From the IMG/VR virus record IMGVR_UViG_3300020045_015655, positions 1 to 37,790 of that record: DNA of 37,790 nt. One strand, written 5' to 3'. The translations under genes were made by a program, and so were the position numbers. Shown here piece by piece: positions 1-7,977 of the stretch; position 1 is the first letter of the stretch; each line of letters starts with the position of its first letter. The notes under the pieces are model-generated. The model had not been told where the DNA came from, made no database searches, and was given only the letters and a program-made list of their open reading frames with translations. Origin of the DNA: a virus (taxonomy: Duplodnaviria; Caudoviricetes).

Positions 1-141
1 ACAAGGAAAAGTTAAAGTAAAGTGTATCGTTCCAGTTAAGGCGACAGTACAAGAAAGGGAACCATTACAGGTTACAGATATAGTAAAAGTAACAGTAACA
101 GTAACAGTTAAAGTAACGGTTATGGTAACGTTTATGGTAAC

Positions 142-255
142 GGTTCCGGTTCCGGTGACGGTTACGGTTCCGGTTACGGTGACGGTGACGGTTACGGTTC
201 CGGTTACGGTTCCGGTTACGGTGACGGTTACGGTGACGGTGACGGTTCCGGTTAA
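142..255 (+). repeat. GGT-(GAC/TAC/TCC) hexamer tandem repeat, left-end copy of the Gly-rich gene 3' part
   Basis: Units ggtgac/ggttac/ggttcc ending ggttaa. The same array is at 37494-37727. Confidence 0.95.
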
Positions 256-258
256 TTA

Positions 259-287
259 TTGACACCACAATAAAATAATTAAAAGCT
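259..287 (+). promoter_or_regulatory. Putative sigma70-type promoter, leaderless for rusA
   Basis: TTGACA(259-264)-17 nt-AAAGCT(282-287)-6 nt-ATG(294). No Shine-Dalgarno; the -10 is weak. Confidence 0.5.
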
Positions 288-293
288 TGTTGG

Positions 294-770
294 ATGCTAA
301 TACTAAAAAGATTTCCAATGCCACCAACAAGCAATAGATTATTAATGCCATCGAGAGGTCGGTTAATTAAATCGACTGAGTACAGGGCTTATGAACAGAA
401 AGTAGTCTCGTTTCATATGAGAAATGTTATGAATCTAGCTGAAATTGAGCACGCTTTTAAAGGCAATAAGTACTTGCGAATTGATACGTTATTCGTGTTT
501 GCTCAAAAAAGGCTTATCTCTAAAAAGAATGAAGTTAAGTCTCTTGATGCAAGCAATAGAATAAAGATTGTTCACGATGTTATCTCAAAACTTATTCATA
601 TTGACGATAAGTATTTCACTTGTGGTTATTTTGAAAAAGCATTTTGCGAGAATGAAAGTGAAGAGCAAGTTATAATCAAATTTAGTGAAGTAATTGATAT
701 TTTTAACTACAAAGTTTTAGATTGGGATACCGTTGGAAACAAAGCTACTAACAACAAACATCAAGCTTAA
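294..770 (+). CDS. rusA: RusA-family Holliday junction resolvase
   Basis: N-terminal PMPPTSN; catalytic block LDASNRIK..HD...IDDKY resembles RusA DxDNxxK...D...DD. Confidence 0.8.
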   Translation: MLILKRFPMPPTSNRLLMPSRGRLIKSTEYRAYEQKVVSFHMRNVMNLAEIEHAFKGNKYLRIDTLFVFAQKRLISKKNEVKSLDASNRIKIVHDVISKLIHIDDKYFTCGYFEKAFCENESEEQVIIKFSEVIDIFNYKVLDWDTVGNKATNNKHQA

Positions 771-930
771 AGAAACCGTGATTTTAAAGATTGACGGCAC
801 TGACTCTTATTGCGAGTTTAGAATATCACACGTAAACGAGTACGATCAGTTAGTATTTAATTTCAAAATGAGTGAAAACATAACTTTGATTAAGCAGAAA
901 AAGACAATTACTAGGAGGGCAGGAGTATGA
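733..930 (+). CDS. Hypothetical protein
   Basis: 65-aa ORF with a TTG start; ATGA overlap with the next gene. Confidence 0.55.
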   Translation: METKLLTTNIKLKETVILKIDGTDSYCEFRISHVNEYDQLVFNFKMSENITLIKQKKTITRRAGV

Positions 931-1133
931 GTATTTCACAAGAAAAAATACTACATGAATTAAATATGATCTGTAGCGAACTAATTTCTGCCTCAGAACG
1001 TGCGCTTGCTATCAGAGATCTTATTAAGTCTATAGACTACTATGGTAATGCAGAAATCGAACACCTTAAGAAATTACTTGCTGAGAAAGATCTTATCATT
1101 AAGCGATATCTTGAAAGCGAAGGTGAGAAGTGA
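927..1133 (+). CDS. Hypothetical coiled-coil protein
   Basis: GGAG upstream; coupled to neighbours; ends ESEGEK. Confidence 0.7.
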   Translation: MSISQEKILHELNMICSELISASERALAIRDLIKSIDYYGNAEIEHLKKLLAEKDLIIKRYLESEGEK

Positions 1134-1135
1134 AA
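1111..1135 (+). repeat. 25-bp direct repeat, copy 1
   Basis: ttgaaagcgaaggtgagaagtgaaa, identical to 1428-1452. Confidence 0.95.
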
Positions 1136-1450
1136 TTTAAAGCCACTGATGAACAAATAAAACAACTAATTATAAATGCAATAAATACGAGTAGACCAGT
1201 TGGAATGGGAATATTTCATTATAAACAAAAATTTTATACTTTAGATGATTTAACTTTTGAAATTGGTAATGAAGTCTTCGTTGATTATTTTGATGGTAGG
1301 ATGGTTAAGCTTTATTTAACAAAAGAAAATGATTTATGGAAAACTCCAAATAAAGAATTAGATATAGAATATCAATCGTGGTGCGAACACTTTCCGACTT
1401 GGAAAGATTTATTACATTCTGTTAATATTGAAAGCGAAGGTGAGAAGTGA
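1130..1450 (+). CDS. Hypothetical protein in a repeat-bounded cassette
   Basis: 106-aa ORF with a DYFDGRMVKL motif; GTGA overlaps at both ends. Confidence 0.75.
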   Translation: MKFKATDEQIKQLIINAINTSRPVGMGIFHYKQKFYTLDDLTFEIGNEVFVDYFDGRMVKLYLTKENDLWKTPNKELDIEYQSWCEHFPTWKDLLHSVNIESEGEK

Positions 1451-1452
1451 AA
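1428..1452 (+). repeat. 25-bp direct repeat, copy 2
   Basis: Identical to 1111-1135. Confidence 0.95.
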
Positions 1453-1902
1453 GCATGGGATGAAACGCTTACTGAGCTTTTTAATAAATTAAGACCAATT
1501 TGTTATAAAGATAGCGAACTACTTAATATAATTTTATTGTGGGCAAAAAATAATTTCGAACAATTTAATTTAAGATCAGTCATTAGTTTAGAGATGATAA
1601 ACGATAAAAAATTTAAAGAATTTGAAATTAAAAGGATTTTACAATTATCTGCGATTGAAATAGGAATGAAGTGTGGGTTTGGAAAGAAAGAAATTAAAAT
1701 GGACTGGTATTCTGAAAATGATAGTTTATTTTCTAGGACTACTGATTTGGTTCCCAAATATATTGAGCATAAATTTATACCTCAAGAAGAATTAAGATTA
1801 AGTTTTATTTGCTTAAAAAGACACCCTACGTCTTGGTATCAAAATAAATCTAATTTGGATTGGATTAGTGAAGAATGTAAAGAAAGTGATAAGTGTCTAT
1901 GA
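1447..1902 (+). CDS. Hypothetical protein
   Basis: 151-aa ORF, coupled at both ends. Confidence 0.7.
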   Translation: MKAWDETLTELFNKLRPICYKDSELLNIILLWAKNNFEQFNLRSVISLEMINDKKFKEFEIKRILQLSAIEIGMKCGFGKKEIKMDWYSENDSLFSRTTDLVPKYIEHKFIPQEELRLSFICLKRHPTSWYQNKSNLDWISEECKESDKCL

Positions 1903-2105
1903 AAATGTGGGTAGTATACTTTAACACAACTGATTTTCCTAATGCTTACGTAGCAAGATTATTTGTTGATACCTCTGCAACTCGTAATTTTATTTATGCG
2001 ACAGAATATAATATAATTCAAGAACTAATGCTGAATACATATGGTTTAGTGAAATTAATCCCGCATCCAAACGACGATAAGTGTTTCGTAGAAACGTGGT
2101 TTTGA
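1899..2105 (+). CDS. Small phage protein (WVVY..TDFP..YVARLF...DD...VETW type)
   Basis: ATGA overlap at 1899-1902; motif pattern recalled from small phage proteins. Confidence 0.7.
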   Translation: MKMWVVYFNTTDFPNAYVARLFVDTSATRNFIYATEYNIIQELMLNTYGLVKLIPHPNDDKCFVETWF

Positions 2106-2106
2106 T

Positions 2107-2316
2107 ATGTTTGTAATAACTAAAAATACCACTATTAATTTACATAAAGCTTACTTCATAAAGAAAGACACTGAAAATAAGGCTTTACATTTTTATTTTG
2201 ATACTTACAAAGCTATAACGGTTTACTGTTCTAACTTAGAAGAAGTATATCAAGCTATTCAACACTGTATATACTATGGAAACCCAAGCGTATCTATTGC
2301 AGAATTTGAGGACTGA
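2107..2316 (+). CDS. Hypothetical protein
   Basis: 69-aa ORF, tightly packed in the operon. Confidence 0.65.
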   Translation: MFVITKNTTINLHKAYFIKKDTENKALHFYFDTYKAITVYCSNLEEVYQAIQHCIYYGNPSVSIAEFED

Positions 2317-2317
2317 T

Positions 2318-2701
2318 ATGAATAGACTGCAAAGAAGAGTCTCAAAAAAAGAAGGCGTAAGATTACAACGTCTTGAGTGGAATAAGTTTGAAGACTGTAC
2401 TAATGAAGCTATTGAAAAACACATAATTTTGAACCCAAATAGTAATTTTATAGTAGATAAAGTTTTTGCAAATAATAAATATATTGTACAAGTGTTTTAT
2501 CATAAATTTAGAAATTTTAAATTTTATACAAAGGTTATGTGTAGAAGAAATGATTCAGAGCCTATTTGTAATTGGCATGATTTATTTAGAATTAAAAATG
2601 AAATCTTTGGAGAAGAAGTTGAGGCTATTCAATTTTTACCGAAAAAATCTGAACTAATAGATAGTGCTAATTTATACTGGTTTTTTATTGAGGAGAATTA
2701 A
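2318..2701 (+). CDS. Conserved phage protein (possibly DUF7694-like)
   Basis: GAGG then ATG 2318; motif RRND..P...W..L..IKNEIFG...EAIQFLP...L.D.AN.YW. Confidence 0.65.
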   Translation: MNRLQRRVSKKEGVRLQRLEWNKFEDCTNEAIEKHIILNPNSNFIVDKVFANNKYIVQVFYHKFRNFKFYTKVMCRRNDSEPICNWHDLFRIKNEIFGEEVEAIQFLPKKSELIDSANLYWFFIEEN

Positions 2702-2702
2702 T

Positions 2703-2873
2703 ATGGTCATATTTATACAAATGTTATTTGGAATATCTGCATTTATTTTTTCTGCATTTTTGTTATTTTTATTATGTGAATTTTACAGGTTTTTTCCTAA
2801 TATTTTTTATTTTTTATTAGCATTACCAGTTTGTTATTTTATAGGAAAGAAAATTTATGAAGCATTTTTATAG
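2703..2873 (+). CDS. Small membrane protein (2 TM)
   Basis: GAGGAG then ATG 2703; two hydrophobic segments. Confidence 0.65.
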   Translation: MVIFIQMLFGISAFIFSAFLLFLLCEFYRFFPNIFYFLLALPVCYFIGKKIYEAFL

Positions 2874-2882
2874 AGGAGAAAT

Positions 2883-3143
2883 ATGACAGCAGAATATTCA
2901 TATCCAAATAAATATATAAATGCTCAAGTATCATGTGATACTAGTGAGTTTGACAGTAAAACAATATATACATGTCCTCATTGCGGTAAAGAAACCTGTG
3001 AACACATAGAAGAGTTTGTCTTTGAATTAATTAAAAAGAATGAAAATCTTAAGAGAGAAAATGACAAGCTTAAAATAGATCTGTCTGTAGCGGAAAATAG
3101 GTTAAAAAAACCTCTTAGTATAACTCTTTTCCACAAGAACTAA
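2883..3143 (+). CDS. Hypothetical protein with CPHC and coiled coil
   Basis: GAGGAG upstream; CPHC..CEH motif. Confidence 0.7.
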   Translation: MTAEYSYPNKYINAQVSCDTSEFDSKTIYTCPHCGKETCEHIEEFVFELIKKNENLKRENDKLKIDLSVAENRLKKPLSITLFHKN

Positions 3144-3253
3144 ACCAGAGGCTTAAAATTCACTAAATAGGGTTTAACCAATATCTAATGAAACTTACTC
3201 TACAAGAATTAATTACTATCAAATTAAATATTAACTGTCAATAAAGGTGATTT

Positions 3254-3343
3254 ATGATCAAGATCTACAGAGGCATTATACTTTCAGCATGCGCACTTGG
3301 TTTAGTTTATCTGGTAGTCTGTGGAATGGTGGCGAGCTTATGA
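3254..3343 (+). CDS. 29-aa membrane peptide (not in the ORF track)
   Basis: AAGGTG then ATG; MIKIYRGIILSACALGLVYLVVCGMVASL; ATGA overlap with the next gene. Confidence 0.55.
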   Translation: MIKIYRGIILSACALGLVYLVVCGMVASL

Positions 3344-3552
3344 GTGATGGTAAATATGTAAGCTCTGTTCTACAAATATGTTTTATTATTTTAAAAATAT
3401 TAAATTTAATTTCTTGGAACTGGTTATTAGTATTATTGCCAACTTTTTTATATGTTAGTTTATTTATGCTTTATATTTTAATAATTGCTTTTACAGGCTC
3501 TCCTGAACAAAAATTTACTATATACATAAAATATGGGATAAGATTTAAATGA
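3340..3552 (+). CDS. Small membrane protein
   Basis: Start reassigned to ATG 3340; LQICFIILKILNLISWNWLLVLLP transmembrane motif. Confidence 0.65.
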   Translation: MSDGKYVSSVLQICFIILKILNLISWNWLLVLLPTFLYVSLFMLYILIIAFTGSPEQKFTIYIKYGIRFK

Positions 3553-3890
3553 ACACACAGAAAATATTTGTTTGCCCTAATTGTAAATGTGAACGCCTCG
3601 CTATAGAGAGGCACATTAACGGTGATGCTATATGTTTGAATTGTAAATGGGAAGGCCCTGCTAAAGATTTAATTGAAGTTATTAGTGTTAGTGAAGGCAA
3701 GTATGAGTTATATTACCAAGCTATTATTGGAAAACTTGAGACAGAAATTACTCAGCTCAAATCTGAGCTAAGCATAAAAGACAGTCATATTAAAGAAATT
3801 ATAGATATCGTTCAAGACTTTGCTGAAGGTGGGAATATTGATAACTATATCTTTCTGTGTGAAAGATTAGAAAAGTTTAATGAGGTATAA
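3549..3890 (+). CDS. Zinc-ribbon plus coiled-coil protein
   Basis: CPNC...CLNC followed by a heptad region. Confidence 0.7.
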   Translation: MNTQKIFVCPNCKCERLAIERHINGDAICLNCKWEGPAKDLIEVISVSEGKYELYYQAIIGKLETEITQLKSELSIKDSHIKEIIDIVQDFAEGGNIDNYIFLCERLEKFNEV

Positions 3891-4146
3891 CGTGATAAAA
3901 TTACTTATCATATGGTTTGGTAGTGGATTACTTTCTGTTATAATTTGTTATATCTATAAATACCATACTCATCAACATTCAAACGAAATTAATAAAAAAG
4001 AATTTATAATTGAACTGTTAATAATTTTATTTTGTGGTGTAGGATCATTTGTAATTTTATGCCTAATAGCATCTGAAAATTTAGAATCTAAAAATCATAA
4101 TCTAAAAAGTAGGCTAAAAGATATTAAGAAATATAGAGGTTATTAA
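3880..4146 (+). CDS. Small membrane protein (2 TM)
   Basis: Two hydrophobic helices. Confidence 0.65.
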   Translation: MRYNVIKLLIIWFGSGLLSVIICYIYKYHTHQHSNEINKKEFIIELLIILFCGVGSFVILCLIASENLESKNHNLKSRLKDIKKYRGY

Positions 4147-4307
4147 TGGTCGAAATGAAACTAAAGTCTGAAAAAACTATTCAAGTAATCGTGAACTGGA
4201 TAATACTGCTTATCTCTCCTGTTATCATTATACCTTGGTTGCTGTATGACCTGTATAAGACAAAACAGTTCGTTAGAATAATGATTAAGGGAGAGACTAG
4301 TCTCTAA
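4146..4307 (+). CDS. 53-aa membrane protein (not in the ORF track)
   Basis: TAATG coupling at both ends; VIVNWIILLISPVIIIPWLL. Confidence 0.6.
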   Translation: MVEMKLKSEKTIQVIVNWIILLISPVIIIPWLLYDLYKTKQFVRIMIKGETSL

Positions 4308-4546
4308 TGGCCAAGCGAATACGATCTCAAGCAGAAATTGATTATGATGAATACGAGCGTATAACTATTGCTAAGGTTATCGTTGACGTTAATAAGATGC
4401 GCGAGAGTATGGGCATGCAGCTTGTAACACAAGTTGAAAAAAACTGCTTACGATGCGAAAGACAGTTCTTAGCACTTAAAAACTCAGCAAATTTCATGTG
4501 TAGTTCTTGTCGAAAATATCGTGAGGATCAATCTATTGATCTTTAA
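4307..4546 (+). CDS. C4 zinc-finger protein
   Basis: CLRC...CSSC. Confidence 0.7.
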   Translation: MAKRIRSQAEIDYDEYERITIAKVIVDVNKMRESMGMQLVTQVEKNCLRCERQFLALKNSANFMCSSCRKYREDQSIDL

Positions 4547-4561
4547 CATAGAAAGGAATCT

Positions 4562-5131
4562 ATGAATATAAGTGATACAAAATTATATAAGACTTTTGTA
4601 AGAATAAAATGTAGGTGTTATAATATAAAAGATAAGCGTTATAAGGATTATGGTGGGCGTGGCATTACTGTTTGTGATGAGTGGAGAAATTCATTTGAAC
4701 AGTTTGCTAAAGATATGGGAGAACCACCAACAAAAAAACATAGTATTGATCGTATAGATAATAATAAAGGCTATTCAAAAGAAAACTGTAGATGGGCAAC
4801 ACCTAAACAACAAGCAAATAATACTAGGTTAACAACTTTCATAACTTATAAAAATGAAACTAAATCATTATCTGAATGGACTAAAATTAGTAAATTACGT
4901 AAAGGAACAATAATTACAAGATTAAGAAGAGGGTGGACTATAGAAAAAGCTTTGTTTACAAAAATAGATAAAGTTAAATATTTTTCTTATAAAGGTGAGA
5001 AAAAAACTATTTCACAATGGTCTAAATTATATAATATATCTCCACAAGCTCTTAGATTTAGAATAAATAATTGGCCAAAATCAAAAGTTTTGACGCAAAA
5101 ATTAGAAGTCTATAAAGTTTCAAAGCTTTGA
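4562..5131 (+). CDS. Free-standing HNH-type homing endonuclease
   Basis: RC...YGGRGITVCDEW...F..DMG...SIDRIDNNKGYSKENCRWAT..Q.NN, plus two C-terminal YKxE.K...EW/QW DNA-binding repeats. Confidence 0.85.
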   Translation: MNISDTKLYKTFVRIKCRCYNIKDKRYKDYGGRGITVCDEWRNSFEQFAKDMGEPPTKKHSIDRIDNNKGYSKENCRWATPKQQANNTRLTTFITYKNETKSLSEWTKISKLRKGTIITRLRRGWTIEKALFTKIDKVKYFSYKGEKKTISQWSKLYNISPQALRFRINNWPKSKVLTQKLEVYKVSKL

Positions 5132-5226
5132 TATTTGACGACGTGGTTTTATATTGCATATTCTTTGTTTATCCAATTATGATGATTACGTTTTATGTTT
5201 GGGTTTGTTTAGATGAGGAGTGAGAG

Positions 5227-5742
5227 ATGACACAAGATGAAATTATAGATCAAAGTTTTAGTTTAAATATTCAATCCGATGTTAAACCGCCTTGGTTTGA
5301 GTGGTTTGTTAAAAGAATAGGATGGTCTGAAAATAATCCTGCTCACGATAAAGAGCTGTCAAAATATTGGAAGCTTTGTCATCTTAACTTTAAGACTTGT
5401 AAGGGTGTAAAGCATAGTTGGTGTTCACTTTCTATCTGTGCATCTCTAGATGACTCTGGTTACAAAAGCTCAGGTTCAGCCGCCGCATCGTCTTATGCAA
5501 ACTTTGGCGAGAAATGTGAAGCAAAGATCGGTGCAATTGTACCAATACGGCATGTAAGTGGAAAACATCACGTAACGCTCTTCGCTGGATGGGTTGATGA
5601 AAAAAATATGATTATTAAAGGACTTGGTGGCAATCAGTCCAATAAAATTTGTATAGCTACTTACAACTTATCAGGTAACAACAAAGGTCATGATCAGCTT
5701 ATGAATGGCTTTAGGTTTCCAGTAAGAAAGAAAGAATCATGA
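5227..5742 (+). CDS. TIGR02594-like (NlpC/P60-CHAP-type) cell-wall hydrolase
   Basis: PPW...IG..E, WCS (Cys), HV.LF (His), LGGNQSN motifs. Confidence 0.75.
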   Translation: MTQDEIIDQSFSLNIQSDVKPPWFEWFVKRIGWSENNPAHDKELSKYWKLCHLNFKTCKGVKHSWCSLSICASLDDSGYKSSGSAAASSYANFGEKCEAKIGAIVPIRHVSGKHHVTLFAGWVDEKNMIIKGLGGNQSNKICIATYNLSGNNKGHDQLMNGFRFPVRKKES

Positions 5743-6275
5743 GCAAACAATTTGATCACGCATTTGACTTAATTATTGGAGTTGAGGGTGGCTATGTGAA
5801 CAATCCTGCGGACAGGGGAGGTCCCACCGCATACGGAATTACTCAAGCCACACTTAGCTCTGTACTTGGCCGTACTGCTACTATCAACGATGTGAAAAGT
5901 TTAACTAAAGATGCAGCAAAACGAATTTACAAAGAGCGCTATTGGAATAAGATGTCTCTGGACCTTGTAGCATCTGAATTACTTCAACAACTAATTTTTG
6001 ATCAGTGTGTGAATTTTGGATGTGGTAAGATTGTCTCTCGATTACAAGATATTCTAAAGATACCTAAAACCATAATTATTGATCAAGCCACTATAAAAGC
6101 AATTAATGAAGGCGACAGACTTAAGCTCGCTTTCGATTTTGTTAAGGCTACACAAAAGGCTTATATTGATATTGTAAAGCATGATCAAAGCCAACTCGTC
6201 TTCATTTCTGGATGGCTATCGAGATCGTTCAAGTTATTAGATCTCATTAGACAGAGTGTCGAACTTAAAGCTTAA
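5739..6275 (+). CDS. Glycoside hydrolase family 108 endolysin
   Basis: EGGYVNNPADRGGPTAYGIT; FD..VN.G; C-terminal F..GWL.R peptidoglycan-binding signature. Confidence 0.92.
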   Translation: MSKQFDHAFDLIIGVEGGYVNNPADRGGPTAYGITQATLSSVLGRTATINDVKSLTKDAAKRIYKERYWNKMSLDLVASELLQQLIFDQCVNFGCGKIVSRLQDILKIPKTIIIDQATIKAINEGDRLKLAFDFVKATQKAYIDIVKHDQSQLVFISGWLSRSFKLLDLIRQSVELKA

Positions 6276-6281
6276 TTATCC

Positions 6282-6310
6282 TTTACGGCATAACCAATTC
6301 TGATTAGCAT
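6282..6310 (+). promoter_or_regulatory. Putative leaderless promoter
   Basis: TTTACG-17 nt-TAGCAT-6 nt-ATG(6317); no SD. Confidence 0.6.
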
Positions 6311-6316
6311 TTAATC

Positions 6317-6628
6317 ATGGTAAATCTAATTACAAATCAAGATCTGGATACTCTTACGGACTATGAAGTCTTAATCTTCAATTACGTGCTACAAAATGTG
6401 AAGTATAAAGAAATAGCTTGTAAGCTTGATCTTGAGTACTACGTAGTAGCTGAGACTGTAAGAGATGTTTACCGTAAATTTCGTATTTACAAACACTCTA
6501 ACGAGTACTTAAGAGAAGTTTGGAAACGATCAGTAGAGCATAACAAAAAAGAGCTTAAGAAAAAACGTGATTTGTTATTGCCAGTTAGTCTTAATGACTA
6601 TCTACAAAAACAAATGGGTCTTGAATAG
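6317..6628 (+). CDS. LuxR/sigma-region-4-like HTH regulator
   Basis: LT..E..I......YKEIA.KL......V......VYRK pattern. Confidence 0.7.
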   Translation: MVNLITNQDLDTLTDYEVLIFNYVLQNVKYKEIACKLDLEYYVVAETVRDVYRKFRIYKHSNEYLREVWKRSVEHNKKELKKKRDLLLPVSLNDYLQKQMGLE

Positions 6629-6697
6629 GAATCAAAACCCACCTGAAAAGAATTAAAGTGAACAATTTAACAACTTGTTTAGTACACCAAATTTAAA

Positions 6698-6726
6698 TTG
6701 CAAAATCAAACAGTAATTGCTCAAAT
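6698..6726 (+). promoter_or_regulatory. Putative leaderless promoter
   Basis: TTGCAA-17 nt (ending TGC)-TCAAAT-6 nt-ATG(6733); no SD. Confidence 0.55.
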
Positions 6727-6732
6727 CTTTTT

Positions 6733-6951
6733 ATGGCTCTATACAGTATTGAAACCGATATCGGCAAACTTCACATCAACGATCTATCAAAACAAGATAT
6801 GCAGGATATTAGTGTTATTACTCAAGATCTGATTAATCGAAAAGAATTCGACTGTAATAAAAAGACACTAATTGCAGGCTTTATTTGTTGGCTTAATATT
6901 CTGATCGAGACTGAAAATACAATACGACGGTCATCGGATGGAATACATTAA
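6733..6951 (+). CDS. Hypothetical protein, last gene of the + arm
   Basis: 72-aa ORF; its stop overlaps the convergent stop at 6948. Confidence 0.65.
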   Translation: MALYSIETDIGKLHINDLSKQDMQDISVITQDLINRKEFDCNKKTLIAGFICWLNILIETENTIRRSSDGIH

Positions 6952-7229
6952 TTACAATTTTTTCTCGCTAACTCTTGAGCTTTCTTAACCCAATCACGGA
7001 CTAAGTTTAGTTGGTTGATTTCTATACCGATTGTCCCACTAGGACACTCGCTAGATTGCAATGTCACGGGATCACCAAGCTTGATAGGATCATTACTGAT
7101 AATAGGTAACATAGCACAAGGCTTTCCGTTGTTCTTAAAGTAATAAGTCTCACGTGTAGGAAAAGGCTCCAGCTCTTCACTCTTACACCCTGAAAGCAAA
7201 AGTAATACAGTAAAAATTAAGTATGACAT
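6948..7229 (-). CDS. Lipoprotein, putative o-spanin
   Basis: Start reassigned to MSYLIFTVLLLLSGC (lipobox LSGC); extra Cys residues; follows a TM coiled-coil gene. Confidence 0.6.
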   Translation of the reverse strand: MSYLIFTVLLLLSGCKSEELEPFPTRETYYFKNNGKPCAMLPIISNDPIKLGDPVTLQSSECPSGTIGIEINQLNLVRDWVKKAQELARKNCN

Positions 7230-7233
7230 ATGC

Positions 7234-7464
7234 TCACTTCTTTCTACCATTGGCGATATCCCTGACAGCTTCGGCTTCCTTCTTAAGATCATCTTGCTTT
7301 ACTGCATCGTCATAAGCTTTCTTAAGCTCAGCATCACGCTTTGCTTGATCATGCTTTCTAATAGATTCATTTACTAAATCATATAAAGAGTGGCCGATAT
7401 TAATCATTAACCACTTAAGAATAGACATGAGTACTGACTTAAGAATTAAACCTAAAAAAGACAC
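7234..7464 (-). CDS. Putative i-spanin
   Basis: N-terminal hydrophobic helix plus charged helical tail, directly upstream of the lipoprotein. Confidence 0.5.
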   Translation of the reverse strand: MSFLGLILKSVLMSILKWLMINIGHSLYDLVNESIRKHDQAKRDAELKKAYDDAVKQDDLKKEAEAVRDIANGRKK

Positions 7465-7643
7465 TACATCTTACTTTCAATAAATTTCTTTACTTCATTA
7501 AATGCAATATCATCAAATTTATTTTCAGAATCTTGAACTACTTTTTCTAAAAAAGGTAGAATCAATAAAACTGCTAAGTCTTTAGCTAAACCAGTTTGAT
7601 CAATATGCTTATCTAGAATTTCAACTATTTTTTTTAACTCCAT
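7464..7643 (-). CDS. Small helical protein in the lysis-associated block
   Basis: AAGGAG then ATG 7643; V.DSENKFDD motif. Confidence 0.6.
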   Translation of the reverse strand: MELKKIVEILDKHIDQTGLAKDLAVLLILPFLEKVVQDSENKFDDIAFNEVKKFIESKM

Positions 7644-7680
7644 ACCACTCTCCTTGTGTGAATAATTATGCATCTATGCA

Positions 7681-7935
7681 TTATTTATTCTTTGGCTCAA
7701 GTCTGCCTCTAATGTAAGAAATGTCAGATCCTATTTGCGCCAAAGAGTTTCTTAAATTAGATAATTCTTGCTCTACTCTGTCAACTCTCTGCTTAAGTAA
7801 CACTCCGTCACCGACTGAAACAAAATTATTAGTTATGAAATACACAAATACTGCAATTGTGATACCGAAAGACAAAGTCTCTGCTAAGGTTAATTGCCAT
7901 TTTAGTAAACTACCTGTTTGATTCATCGGTTTCAT
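7681..7935 (-). CDS. Single-TM coiled-coil protein, holin-like candidate
   Basis: TM segment FGITIAVFVYFI, coiled coil, ends ISYIRGRLE. Confidence 0.5.
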   Translation of the reverse strand: MKPMNQTGSLLKWQLTLAETLSFGITIAVFVYFITNNFVSVGDGVLLKQRVDRVEQELSNLRNSLAQIGSDISYIRGRLEPKNK

Positions 7936-7977
7936 TATTTCTTTGGTGGTAACAACTTAATAAGTTGTGAAATTTCA

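Noticed and set aside
1-141. A-rich degenerate repeat (agtaac...) as a DGR template for the GAC/TAC/TCC array
   Set aside because: No reverse transcriptase is present, some differences are not adenine-specific, and degeneracy increases toward the contig edge, as expected for a low-quality read tail.
65-334. Arg/Asn/His-rich - strand ORF (and the Val/Thr/Pro ORF at 37501-37740)
   Set aside because: Shadow frames of a stop-free hexamer repeat with no clear RBS.
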